Positions 9,675 to 19,087 of a stretch of 64,000 bases of DNA are shown piece after piece. Location of the stretch: positions 32,001-96,000 of the IMG/VR virus record IMGVR_UViG_3300014204_000002. The stretch is one strand, 5' to 3'. The notes under the pieces were generated by a model. The model saw only the letters and a list, made by a program, of their open reading frames with translations. It ran no database searches and was not told the DNA's origin. The DNA is from a virus. Lineage: Duplodnaviria; Caudoviricetes. The number at the start of each line of letters is the position of its first letter. The stretch's first letter is position 1. The translations under genes and the position numbers were made by a program.

Positions 9675-9949
9675 ACGAAGTTTACACCGGCTTAATAAAT
9701 AAAATACAGGGAAATGACCGGGCTACCTTTTCCATGAATATAACCATGCCTCAGGATTTATCAGATGACGACAAGAAAACCATCGGGGACTCATTTACCA
9801 TCACGCGCGAAGAAGCGGAGGAAAACCCGATCTTCGAATACTGGTTCGCCCAAGTCGAGAAAAAAGGCTACTGGGCGCCGTGGATGCAAGACTGGACGAG
9901 CGCGACGATCTACCGGTTCTACAGGGGCGAAGAAACGATTAATGTCTGA
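9671..9949 (+). CDS. Hypothetical acidic protein (GC-rich coding)
   Basis: ATGA overlap upstream; overlaps the ERCC4 start. Confidence 0.6.
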   Translation: MNEVYTGLINKIQGNDRATFSMNITMPQDLSDDDKKTIGDSFTITREEAEENPIFEYWFAQVEKKGYWAPWMQDWTSATIYRFYRGEETINV

Positions 9950-10634
9950 AAAAAGCATTAACGACATGAAATTTGGCGTCACTATCGATGATCGCGAATT
10001 AACCCACGAGAGCAATGCGTGGATCCATCCATATTTAGTTAATGCGTTTCCTAGCGTTGAATTTACAATTAATCGCATAGACGAGGGGGATTTCGAATCT
10101 GACCACGTTATCGTGGAAAGAAAAAAAATAGAGGACTTATGGGAGTCGTTACAGGATGGCAGGTTTCATGATCAGATAAATCGCCTCATGACGCACCATG
10201 ATAAAATTGTCATTTATCTAATCGTGGGATCGGTGGACGCCTTTATGTTCAAGCATAATGCTCTACACGCACGAGGAATAGTCAGGAAGCCCGATGCTGA
10301 TACAATCGATGCAATGATTGCCTCTCTGCTGATCAGGTATAATTTTCGGGTAATATGTGACTCTAATGAGCAACTTGGTCTCAAGCGTATGATTAGGATG
10401 ATGCAGAAGATAGAGGACGAAGATGCACTCGATATTCCATCAAAGGTAGATCCACTCATGTTATCCGGGTGTATCACAGGGTTATCCAAAAAGCAGGTGC
10501 AAGAATTAAGCAAGAAATATGGCACGTCTCTTGTAAGATGGGGCAAGTTATCAAAGGCTCAATTAATGGAGATTAAGGGAATTGGGCCAGCAAAAGCCGA
10601 CAAATTTCTCAAGATCCTCAATAGCGGATTTTAA
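9942..10634 (+). CDS. ERCC4/XPF (Hef-like) structure-specific nuclease with HhH domain; probable junction resolvase
   Basis: IDDRE, GDF, VERKKIEDL..SL.DGRF..Q and C-terminal IKGIGPAKA. Start reassigned to ATG 9942. Confidence 0.9.
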   Translation: MSEKSINDMKFGVTIDDRELTHESNAWIHPYLVNAFPSVEFTINRIDEGDFESDHVIVERKKIEDLWESLQDGRFHDQINRLMTHHDKIVIYLIVGSVDAFMFKHNALHARGIVRKPDADTIDAMIASLLIRYNFRVICDSNEQLGLKRMIRMMQKIEDEDALDIPSKVDPLMLSGCITGLSKKQVQELSKKYGTSLVRWGKLSKAQLMEIKGIGPAKADKFLKILNSGF

Positions 10635-10770
10635 AAGTTAAATCCTGATACTTAACATATTTTTATATTGCGTCAGGTCAATTGTATAATTCCAAAAACT
10701 TTTTACTTTATAATATGGTTGCTTTATAATATGGAGGATTCTCGTTTAAATTTGAAAAGGAGAAGATTAT

Positions 10771-12171
10771 TTGAATATTTACGACGATGCGTTGAATGAG
10801 TTGAAGAGACGTCAAGTGGAGGATGCCGATATATTTGGTCCTTATTTCATTATCAGCTATGCGTGCCATGCCTTCAATCTCATGAACGAGCAAAGTTTAA
10901 AGAATACTGATGGCAGAAAAGCCGTCTATATGGCAAGTGGTCAGGTTCCAAACATGCGCACACATTTGCTGTTTATGGCTCCTCCCGGCACTGGCAAGTC
11001 TTTTTTTCTCAAGCACTTCTCAAATAAGAATTTCGGTATATTTCGCTATGCTGGTCATCCAATACATACCGAAACATCGATGACAGGCGCTGCATTTGTT
11101 GGAACAATAAAATTAGAACCTGATGGATCTGCCACAACTGTTCCCGGTGCAGCATATGAACATCAATCTGCCGTTTTCGTTATGGAAGAATTCCTCGCAA
11201 TGATGTCTGCTATGAAAACCGGCTACAACGGAGAACTTGAGGCACAGTTATTAACGGCATTAGATTCAGGGGATATGTCCAAGCGACTTGCTCATGGCCC
11301 CATTGAATATCACACATCGCTCAGTATGTGGTGTGGTATACAGCCAATTAAAGTCAGTTTGGAAGGCGGTCTTGGAAGACGATTTTGCTATATTCTTAAC
11401 ATTCCAACAACCGAAGGACAGGAACGATACACAGAAGCCTCAATGGGTTCCGATAACATCGAAGTTGATATGAATTGGCTCCAATCATATAGACGGCGTG
11501 TCGAACTCTGGACGGCATCACTTGAACTCATAGAAACAGTAAAGTTTGATCCTGCGTTCTATAACTTCTTGCGCACAGTGATTAAATGTAAGGGGTATGA
11601 GGTCGATATCTATAGGCGGTTGATACTTGGATACCATCTATCTAAGTACGGGGTTTCTGAACATGTTGTAGCGATGCTCGATGATACCATTACTCAGATT
11701 ATTATTCAGCAGGCGGAATGGCGACATAGAATTAAGCAAGGTCCACGAGTGCAGCAGATAGTTTATGTGTTGAGGGAAAATGGCTACCAGATGGAAAATG
11801 GCTTTGGTATGACAAAGGCAGAAATGATCTCCTATGGCAGTGATATGGAAATGTCAGCACAACTAGTACATGATATATTACTCGACGCAAGCAAACTTGG
11901 TTATATCAAGATCCGGGGCAACAACCTATGTATAGAACCAGCCGCGTTACTTGACTCCCCGATAATTCAACGCGCTAAATCAGCCGGGTTAATTGCAGAA
12001 ACACCGAGTGTTGTGCCAGTGATAACTTCAGAAGTCAACCAGTTAATGAAGCCAAGATCCTTTCAAATGGATTATGATACGTTAAATGAACGAGAATGGG
12101 ACGAATTAGATCCCGATGAAATGGAGGAAATGAGAGAGTATGACGAAGAGCGTAACAATTACTTTGAGTAA
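10771..12171 (+). CDS. MCM-like AAA+ ATPase (putative helicase) with a C-terminal winged-helix-like region and acidic tail
   Basis: HLLFMAPPGTGKS Walker A, T.A.F.G, VFVMEEF Walker B-like, LL.AL, GLGRRF arginine finger. Confidence 0.65.
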   Translation: MNIYDDALNELKRRQVEDADIFGPYFIISYACHAFNLMNEQSLKNTDGRKAVYMASGQVPNMRTHLLFMAPPGTGKSFFLKHFSNKNFGIFRYAGHPIHTETSMTGAAFVGTIKLEPDGSATTVPGAAYEHQSAVFVMEEFLAMMSAMKTGYNGELEAQLLTALDSGDMSKRLAHGPIEYHTSLSMWCGIQPIKVSLEGGLGRRFCYILNIPTTEGQERYTEASMGSDNIEVDMNWLQSYRRRVELWTASLELIETVKFDPAFYNFLRTVIKCKGYEVDIYRRLILGYHLSKYGVSEHVVAMLDDTITQIIIQQAEWRHRIKQGPRVQQIVYVLRENGYQMENGFGMTKAEMISYGSDMEMSAQLVHDILLDASKLGYIKIRGNNLCIEPAALLDSPIIQRAKSAGLIAETPSVVPVITSEVNQLMKPRSFQMDYDTLNEREWDELDPDEMEEMREYDEERNNYFE

Positions 12172-12601
12172 TGAGTTATTACAGAAACTCGCAATAATGG
12201 AATTACAACCGTCAAAAGTTTGCAATGCAATGCTTGAGTGGTATTTGACAGATTACGACAAGGACATTGGTGCAATATTCATGATGGAGCACCTTGCCGC
12301 GCAAATTAAACTCATGAAAGAAGAAATTATCCAGTTAGAACAGAAACAGAATCTTGTTGCAAAACTCGAAAGAAAATTAAAAGTAATCAAGGATACCTAC
12401 GAGGATTCATCCGGTAAACTCGAAATCCAGTATCTGCTTAATTTCCTGCGCCGAAGAGTCATTGCATATCATTACGACATTAACGAAATTCAAGAAAAAC
12501 AAAGTGATGTTATTGAGAGAATAAAAGTCCACAATAAAAAGTTTGATTTACAACATTTCATCGATGAGACGCGCCTCCTCAGAGAAGAGACGCTTCTGTA
12601 A
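12140..12601 (+). CDS. RHH-like N-terminus plus coiled coil
   Basis: MTKSVTITLSNELL beta-strand/helix start; heptad region. Confidence 0.45.
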   Translation: MTKSVTITLSNELLQKLAIMELQPSKVCNAMLEWYLTDYDKDIGAIFMMEHLAAQIKLMKEEIIQLEQKQNLVAKLERKLKVIKDTYEDSSGKLEIQYLLNFLRRRVIAYHYDINEIQEKQSDVIERIKVHNKKFDLQHFIDETRLLREETLL

Positions 12602-13400
12602 ACTTTTCAAATTTATCAATCGATTTTTCAAACAAGGCAGCCTGCGCTGTCGGAGATAAATAATCCTCGTATATTTTGCGACATTTATTTTGCGCCACGC
12701 CGAGATCATGGGTTTCATGGAATTCTAATACTATTTCTGCAGTTTTTCTCGGATCTTCTACCCACGGGAAACAGTCCATGGATCGATAATCAATAAAATG
12801 ATCAAAAGGAATGCATCCTCCAGAATCAATATAAATGGGAATCCTACTCACTGCAAGCGTTTCGTATAAGCGCTGTGAATAATTACCATTTCCTCTGGCA
12901 CATAAATTGTACTGATTCGCAAGAAGGTTGTTACGAAAGAGCGGTGCATCTTTCTTGTGGGCTGCCGCAATTGCCGGGAAGAAACTACACGATTCTCCTT
13001 CAGGTTCCCATCTAATATGTGCATCAAAACAAATCAAATCTGAATCCATAAGCGATTTTGCCGCAAAATAACGAGGTTCAAATCCCCGATGTAACACAGT
13101 CTGCGCATTCTTGTTAAATAATGGAATACGACCCACAAAACCTACTGATGGCACTTCCGATTCCTCTGATAGCGGCAACTGCTTCACGTTATCAAGATCG
13201 ATTGCAGACCACGAATATGTGTTATAACATTTTTCGGCACCAGTTAAAAATTGCACGATTTCATAATTGAGCGGTATCCCAAAGTCAGAACACACAAACA
13301 CATAATCGTAACCTGTCAAATCTGGCAACTCTTCCTTAAAATAATGGAATCCTAAAACAGAAGGATAAATATTGAATTTATCCACTATGCGACTAAACAT
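12579..13400 (-). CDS. Exostosin-family (GT47-like) glycosyltransferase
   Basis: VGFVG, YNLCARGNGNYSQRLYETL...IPIYI and IPF...IDY motifs. Confidence 0.75.
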   Translation of the reverse strand: MFSRIVDKFNIYPSVLGFHYFKEELPDLTGYDYVFVCSDFGIPLNYEIVQFLTGAEKCYNTYSWSAIDLDNVKQLPLSEESEVPSVGFVGRIPLFNKNAQTVLHRGFEPRYFAAKSLMDSDLICFDAHIRWEPEGESCSFFPAIAAAHKKDAPLFRNNLLANQYNLCARGNGNYSQRLYETLAVSRIPIYIDSGGCIPFDHFIDYRSMDCFPWVEDPRKTAEIVLEFHETHDLGVAQNKCRKIYEDYLSPTAQAALFEKSIDKFEKFTEASLL

Positions 13401-13603
13401 TAATCCTCTAAATTTATGAGAATTGCGAGCACCTTTTCATCCCACGGAAATCGAATAAGTGCAGATTTGCCGCCTGTTTCTTCAAGTTCCATGTTTATGC
13501 GAATTTTGGCAATCTCAATTAAGATCTTGGCAGAATTAATATCCGGGTGACCTTCCATTAACTCCATAAGATCCTTTTCTGCTTGTGTTAACTCATACTC
13601 CAT
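13400..13603 (-). CDS. Hypothetical protein
   Basis: Coupled ORF. Confidence 0.55.
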   Translation of the reverse strand: MEYELTQAEKDLMELMEGHPDINSAKILIEIAKIRINMELEETGGKSALIRFPWDEKVLAILINLED

Positions 13604-13604
13604 T

Positions 13605-14360
13605 TTAGACCACCGTTACGGTTTTGTAAAATGCGTGCGGGATAGTAAAGATGTTATAATCCCATTTATAATTAGATCCATCGATTTCGAACAGCACATA
13701 GCCGTTATCTGGCATTTCCTGTGACCCCTGATTCATGAAATGATCAAGTCCTTTCCAACAAGGCGTGTTAATCGTGATATCATTTGAGTCACCCGAAAAG
13801 TTAAATTTGTGCGTATGTGACCGCAAATAAATATCGACGTTTGTGCCCTGCGACTTCATAATCATGGCTTCCTTGCGCTGCCCGGTGCATCGTGAATATG
13901 GCGTCGATGAATAGCCAATTTTGTGCCTCACATGCATGATTAAGTCTTCAATTTTCAGGAATTGGTGATCTCCAAGCCATACACCATCAATCATCTGGCA
14001 CACAATCTGATCGCCTGAAGTCTGCCCGGTGTGATACTTTGAGCCGTTGGTAATGTAAACGGTATCAGCATCAATCATATTGATGAGTGTAGCCGCAATA
14101 AATGCCTGCGCGTGTATGTTAGTCGAAATAACACCAGTTCCATTTTCTTTACGGTTCTCGCCCTCGATAAGGTCGCCATTAACAATGAGCATATCAACGT
14201 GGCCGACTTTTTGCCGCATAACATTCCACTTATCAAAGAAGTGGTTCTGAATAGCGTTTGCAGTATACGTCATGTGGTAGTCTTCATCGGTAACTTCGGG
14301 CAGGCAGAGCGCGAACGGCGACCCAACATGTAAATCAGAAACGACTAACACGCGCTTCAT
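13605..14360 (-). CDS. Calcineurin-like metallophosphoesterase
   Basis: SDLHVG, NGDLIEG, GSKYH and SHTH motifs. Confidence 0.8.
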   Translation of the reverse strand: MKRVLVVSDLHVGSPFALCLPEVTDEDYHMTYTANAIQNHFFDKWNVMRQKVGHVDMLIVNGDLIEGENRKENGTGVISTNIHAQAFIAATLINMIDADTVYITNGSKYHTGQTSGDQIVCQMIDGVWLGDHQFLKIEDLIMHVRHKIGYSSTPYSRCTGQRKEAMIMKSQGTNVDIYLRSHTHKFNFSGDSNDITINTPCWKGLDHFMNQGSQEMPDNGYVLFEIDGSNYKWDYNIFTIPHAFYKTVTVV

Positions 14361-14716
14361 TGTATTTTGACCTGCTGATCGGCAAACCTCGGATATACTC
14401 GCGTAAATTCGGCATCAGACACGACAAATTCGATTCTTAATCTGGCCGCATCGACAGTCATAGAAGTGACAAATTCGGTCTGGACCCATCCATTAGACGC
14501 ATCAAGAATTTCACACGGAAGATCGGTAGCAAACCCTTCCTCGCGAAATGAGGAGCCGTCATCCTGCAATTCCTGCACAATTTTAAAAAGGTTGCATACA
14601 ATGGTCGTTCCGGTTAAATCTACAGGAATCAGGCTCTGTGTCGCCTCATCATACTCCATAATTCGATACGGAAAAGGCCCAAACTCACCCTTTCGCATAT
14701 ACGCGGTGTTAAGCAT
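14357..14716 (-). CDS. BppU-N/Ig-like virion protein
   Basis: PVDLTG...ILDASNG.V...EF.V....YP pattern. Confidence 0.55.
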   Translation of the reverse strand: MLNTAYMRKGEFGPFPYRIMEYDEATQSLIPVDLTGTTIVCNLFKIVQELQDDGSSFREEGFATDLPCEILDASNGWVQTEFVTSMTVDAARLRIEFVVSDAEFTRVYPRFADQQVKIQ

Positions 14717-14778
14717 GAGTAATATACAACTTGAAACTTTAAATAGATTACTAAGTTAAATGCCTTAACATTCGCGAG

Positions 14779-14861
14779 AAAAGTCTACCATAACAAAAGA
14801 AGAAAGGAAAAATTCTCCTTTTGCCGTGTGCATCATTTAGTTGTGTTTACTATCTTATAAA
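14779..14861 (-). repeat. Dispersed promoter-hairpin-T-tract cassette, copy 1
   Basis: TTTATA-AGATAGT-AAACACAACTAAATGATGCAC...AAAGGAGA/TTTCCTTT hairpin...TTTTGTTATGG. Confidence 0.85.
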
Positions 14862-14863
14862 AC

Positions 14864-14932
14864 TTACTTTCCCTTACCTTTGGGTACAGGTTTCTTGCCC
14901 TTGGGTACTGGTTTACTTCCACCACATGCCAT
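14864..14932 (-). CDS. 22-aa basic micropeptide MACGGSKPVPKGKKPVPKGKGK
   Basis: GAGGTGA RBS, its own TATA promoter, and a duplicated KPVPKG with synonymous differences. Confidence 0.7.
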   Translation of the reverse strand: MACGGSKPVPKGKKPVPKGKGK

Positions 14933-14975
14933 ATTTTTCACCTCGAATTATTGTTTGATTAACTGATATATAAAC

Positions 14976-15128
14976 TTAATTACCAAGAATAAAATCTGCT
15001 TCTTCCTGTGTTATTTTACCAAGCGTCACGAATGTATTAACTTGTGCCTCGGTAATAGTTCCTGCGTGATACCTTACATATACAATTTTTGCAAGTGCAG
15101 AGAGATCATCGTAACTTGTTATAGTCAT
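14976..15128 (-). CDS. XkdX-like small tail-fibre-associated protein, copy B
   Basis: MTITSYDDL...FVTLGKITQEEADFILGN (V..GKIT.EE motif). Confidence 0.65.
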   Translation of the reverse strand: MTITSYDDLSALAKIVYVRYHAGTITEAQVNTFVTLGKITQEEADFILGN

Positions 15129-15232
15129 TCTAACTCACGCTCTGCGATATATTGTTCAAGTGCAGTAACGCGCTCTTCAAGCGATACATAATCAATTCCG
15201 AAAATTCCTAATATTACTTTTATTAAACTCAT
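15125..15232 (-). CDS. 35-aa protein resembling the C-terminus of 15384-15674
   Basis: LEERVTALEQYIAERELE vs PDERVAALEQYVMEKELG; ATGA coupling. Confidence 0.6.
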   Translation of the reverse strand: MSLIKVILGIFGIDYVSLEERVTALEQYIAERELE

Positions 15233-15384
15233 GGTTTATTTCCTACGATATAAGTTTGTTCATCTACCGTTACTTTAAATGTTGTTACCAATGTTTCTAA
15301 TTGTGTAGAGGTTAGTGTCCCTGCCAGATAACGAGCCAGTGCAATTTTTGCCACCGATCCTAATTCACTGTAATTTTCTATCAT
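15229..15384 (-). CDS. XkdX-like small protein, copy A
   Basis: MIENYSELGSVAKIALARYLAGTLT...IVGNKP aligns with copy B. Confidence 0.6.
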   Translation of the reverse strand: MIENYSELGSVAKIALARYLAGTLTSTQLETLVTTFKVTVDEQTYIVGNKP

Positions 15385-15674
15385 TATATTAACCCTAATT
15401 CCTTTTCCATAACATACTGTTCAAGTGCTGCTACCCTTTCATCTGGTGTCGGATCCAATGTCACAGCATCATAATAATCAGCATTTTGCAAATATCCACC
15501 ATTTGAGTCGCGCTCTAACAATTGCTCTGAAATATATTTCCAAGCAGTATTTGTAGTTGTATTGAGTAGAAGGCATCCATTTACGTAAACCTTATCAGAT
15601 ACAGTTGATACCTCGTCGAATCCGGGGAACGAATTTATAATTTGTTTTGAATCAACTAAATAAAAAATAATCAT
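15384..15674 (-). CDS. Tail-fibre assembly/XkdW-like protein
   Basis: C-terminal PTPDERVAALEQ coiled coil; follows a fibre gene. Confidence 0.5.
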   Translation of the reverse strand: MIIFYLVDSKQIINSFPGFDEVSTVSDKVYVNGCLLLNTTTNTAWKYISEQLLERDSNGGYLQNADYYDAVTLDPTPDERVAALEQYVMEKELGLI

Positions 15675-17821
15675 AACACAACTCCTCCATCGGTCGATGC
15701 TGCCCAGTTTGCCGGACTTATTGGTGTTGTGCCAGAATTAAGACATGATACTGTGTAGATAACTCCTCCGCGTTGTGCAATCATTCCGATCAAAGCGGTT
15801 TTTACATGACTGTAATATACTGGTACGTAACTATCAACAGATTTTATGCCATATGATGTGCCACTCACGGCTGTAATTTCGACGACGTTATATGTGCATG
15901 TCGCGACAGTAGAAGACACCACAATTAATCCATTTGCACTTGTATTTGGACTATATAACCAGCATCTGGTAATAGTGATTCCAGCGGATCCCCCGGATAT
16001 AATAATTGGAAATTGTGAATCAGCACTGCATGTAATGTGGCATGCTCTTATGTCTGGGAGTATAGCACCCGATAAGGTTACTCCAGATCCGGCGTTTGAT
16101 ATGATAAGCCCGGTAACATATACTTTAGATGTGTTAGTAACGGTAACAGATTGTATCACGGTCTTTGCAATCTGATACGTCCATGCCGTAGTAAGTGCTT
16201 TTGCACTGTTTGTTGTAAGAGTGACTTCTGCCCCATCCACCGATGCAACGGTATCAGTAAACGATTCTAAAGGAGCAGACGCAAGAACGGTACTTGTCCA
16301 TTTTGTCATCCATACCGTATCCCCGGCAGAAATTTGGGCTCTGTCAGCATATCCCGTATCACCGGTTCCAAGGTCAAATTTTCCAGTTTTGCTGCTTGCA
16401 TTCGTTCCATACCAGTAATATTCTGCGCGAATTGTGATACTTCCTGCTCCCACGATTCTTTGCACTGATATGTTTTCAGTATATGCAGTAGCACCTTTAC
16501 ACATGATGATTGTTATCGCATGGGCGATAATTTCGGGAAGAGTTGCATATGCTGCCGCAAATGTAGTAAATCCATTTGCTTTAGTTGAGCCATCACCGGT
16601 TCCAGTTGCGTCTTTATACACATACAAAGTTAAGTTAACAGATGTTGAACTGGCTCTGGTTATATCAGTGGGATGAATATGATCTCCCCTTGCTGATTCA
16701 GTGCTCGTGCCTATGGTGGCAGTTCCGTCTATTACTGGTGCTGTTGTGGCAAGAGCAGTGATGTCATTAAACGATGTGCCGATAACTTTTGCAGGAAATG
16801 TAACATTCTTATCCTTGTCCACGGAATAAATCATCTTCTTTTTTGCAGGATATCCTCCGAACCACATGATCTGCATCAGATTTACAGGATACTCAGTAGT
16901 CGATGACGTTACTGAAAATGTAAGTCTTATACTACCACAATAATCGGGACTTTCGTCTGTCGATTTGAATGGTATAACGGTATGAGGAACCCATACATGA
17001 GTAGGCCAGCCACTAGTTGTTCCAGTGCAAATCGTGCCCCATGAAGTACTCGTGTTATTATATGCTTCAATTTTAACCCCGACATCATTTACTCCGGTGT
17101 TAATGTAGAGATATAATGCGTTTAACCATGCGTATGATGCCGAATCCCACGTTAATCGATAGTATCCTGATTGACCTACTCCTGTAATAGGAATAATTTC
17201 GGCATCTCCATCAGCAACTCCTTCGCCGTTTCCAATCATTAACATGCTCAATCTGGACGTAAAGAGGCGAGTAGAAGTTATCCAGGTATTACCGTCAGTT
17301 GATTCTTCCTGTGATGTCGGTGGCACAAATCTTAATTGATTTGGAAACTGGCTGGCGCATGATGCGATTTCTTCAGTTGTTGGTGCTCCAAGATTGCTAT
17401 ATACGGTGTTTATTGCTCGTTTTACTCCTGCTATATCAGGGGCTGTTACGAGTCCGGTAAATGTAGGATTATTAATTGGAGCATATATAGCATTATTAAT
17501 TTTTTGCCATGCGATACCAGAGTACACAATCCAGTCATCTATTCCGTATACTACTCCTGATACAGTTCCTGCTACAGACACAACATAATATTGACCTTGA
17601 TCCGGACTTGCTGGATATGATCCTCCTGAAGCATCCCACGTACCCATAAAATACAACGATCCGTAATTAAATTCTGATAGAGCACTCCAATGATTTGTTC
17701 CATCACCGATTCTGAATGCCTGGTTTGTGGTGTCAAATCCAATCTCTCCTTGCGCTAAAATAGGATTATTAGAAGCCCAATTACTGGCATTATCGCGACG
17801 ATGCTGTATTTTCGTGCCCAT
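15671..17821 (-). CDS. Tail fibre/adhesin with an Mtd-N-like N-terminus and a beta-helix-like C-terminus
   Basis: KIQHRRD..NW...NPILAQGEIGFDT....RIGDG; APINNPTFTG; ARGDHIHP; GTGDGS..NGFTT. Confidence 0.8.
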   Translation of the reverse strand: MGTKIQHRRDNASNWASNNPILAQGEIGFDTTNQAFRIGDGTNHWSALSEFNYGSLYFMGTWDASGGSYPASPDQGQYYVVSVAGTVSGVVYGIDDWIVYSGIAWQKINNAIYAPINNPTFTGLVTAPDIAGVKRAINTVYSNLGAPTTEEIASCASQFPNQLRFVPPTSQEESTDGNTWITSTRLFTSRLSMLMIGNGEGVADGDAEIIPITGVGQSGYYRLTWDSASYAWLNALYLYINTGVNDVGVKIEAYNNTSTSWGTICTGTTSGWPTHVWVPHTVIPFKSTDESPDYCGSIRLTFSVTSSTTEYPVNLMQIMWFGGYPAKKKMIYSVDKDKNVTFPAKVIGTSFNDITALATTAPVIDGTATIGTSTESARGDHIHPTDITRASSTSVNLTLYVYKDATGTGDGSTKANGFTTFAAAYATLPEIIAHAITIIMCKGATAYTENISVQRIVGAGSITIRAEYYWYGTNASSKTGKFDLGTGDTGYADRAQISAGDTVWMTKWTSTVLASAPLESFTDTVASVDGAEVTLTTNSAKALTTAWTYQIAKTVIQSVTVTNTSKVYVTGLIISNAGSGVTLSGAILPDIRACHITCSADSQFPIIISGGSAGITITRCWLYSPNTSANGLIVVSSTVATCTYNVVEITAVSGTSYGIKSVDSYVPVYYSHVKTALIGMIAQRGGVIYTVSCLNSGTTPISPANWAASTDGGVVL

Positions 17822-17832
17822 GATTTAGCACC

Positions 17833-18639
17833 TTATGCTGAAGATCCACCGTCTATATCTGACCAAGCGGGATTTGCGCCGCTTCCTCCAGTTTTAAATA
17901 CCTGCCCTGCTGTTCCCGGTCCCAGTCTAACATAACCAGTTCCATTGTGATATATTACATCACCCTGTACTGAACTTCCCGGAATTCCAATATACACAGA
18001 AGTCAGGCTTACGGCTCCTGTTAATCCATCGACTGATACTACTGCGTCTGTTGCATCAAGATGATCCCATGTTGTACCATTGTAAACTGCCCAGTCACCA
18101 ACCGAATAAACAACAGTAGAAATTGTTCCTCCAGTTGCACAAACATAGTACCAACCAGTTTCTGGGTTATCTGGATATGCGCCACCTGCCGCACTAAAAG
18201 TTCCCTTGTATTCGAGGGCACCAAGCACTGAATCAGGAAGCATTGTTGCAAACACTTTACCAGAACTATCTAACGGTGCTAATCCATTTGCTACTGCCTT
18301 TGATGCAATAAACGTGTCAATCTGGGCATGAGTATTTGTACCAATATTTGACAACAGCGTGTGGTCAGTTACTCCGGAAGCAGGTGTTGCATTAATCCAT
18401 TTACTGGTTGCAGAATCCCACGTTACTACCTGACCATTTGCAAGGGTGCCATCAGTAATAACAACATCCTGTAACTTATTCAATTTGTTGTCATATAACA
18501 GCGAATTCCAAGGAGTTGAACCATCTCCGCATTTTACGTCTCCTGTATCAGTTTCCCGGCCATATTCGCCTTGTGCAAGCGTAGGATTATTTGAAGTCCA
18601 ATTTGCTGCTGTGTCTCGTCTAATTTGTATTCTTGTCAT
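17833..18639 (-). CDS. Fibre protein with an Mtd-N-like domain
   Basis: RIQIRRDTAANW..NNPTLAQGEYGRETDTG..KCGDG. Confidence 0.8.
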   Translation of the reverse strand: MTRIQIRRDTAANWTSNNPTLAQGEYGRETDTGDVKCGDGSTPWNSLLYDNKLNKLQDVVITDGTLANGQVVTWDSATSKWINATPASGVTDHTLLSNIGTNTHAQIDTFIASKAVANGLAPLDSSGKVFATMLPDSVLGALEYKGTFSAAGGAYPDNPETGWYYVCATGGTISTVVYSVGDWAVYNGTTWDHLDATDAVVSVDGLTGAVSLTSVYIGIPGSSVQGDVIYHNGTGYVRLGPGTAGQVFKTGGSGANPAWSDIDGGSSA

Positions 18640-18641
18640 AA

Positions 18642-18791
18642 TTAATCAGTTGAATTTCCACCATCTATAACGCCGAGATCAGAACTAATTGCCTTAATAT
18701 ATATCACCTGATCGTTCCAGTCTTTGGCGTTTAATATTCCATTTACTAAATCCGTTGCGTCATTATCTACTTTTGTTGAATCCCATGACAT
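18642..18791 (-). CDS. 49-aa virion-associated protein (not in the ORF track)
   Basis: MSWDSTKVDND...A.DWN...VIDGGNSTD; coupled to its neighbours. Confidence 0.55.
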   Translation of the reverse strand: MSWDSTKVDNDATDLVNGILNAKDWNDQVIYIKAISSDLGVIDGGNSTD

Positions 18792-19087
18792 TATGGCACC
18801 TCATATGAATCCATTACTTTAAATCGAGATGCAACTCCATACAACACTTTCCCTGTTGGAAACTCGGTATATGCCTGTAGAAAATAGAATCCATCTTCGT
18901 TTAAATCACCGGACACAGAAGTATAAGATAATACACCATTCGTCGGATCACCGTAAACTATAGCAGGCCATGTAGCCGTTTTGTTCGAAGGTTTCTTAAC
19001 CAACAATGCCGTATTAGTGGTGCTTGTTAAATCATATTCTGTAGAAACTTCAAATGTAATTCCGACTGAATTCTTATATATATTCAT
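18791..19087 (-). CDS. Ig-like virion protein
   Basis: DLT....L.VKKPS...W.A....G.L.Y....GDL...G.Y.LQAY. Confidence 0.6.
   Translation of the reverse strand: MNIYKNSVGITFEVSTEYDLTSTTNTALLVKKPSNKTATWPAIVYGDPTNGVLSYTSVSGDLNEDGFYFLQAYTEFPTGKVLYGVASRFKVMDSYEVP

Noticed and set aside
9765-9941. Basic N-terminal extension of the ERCC4 ORF
   Set aside because: It is a shadow frame of the GC-rich 9671-9949 gene; the true start is probably 9942.
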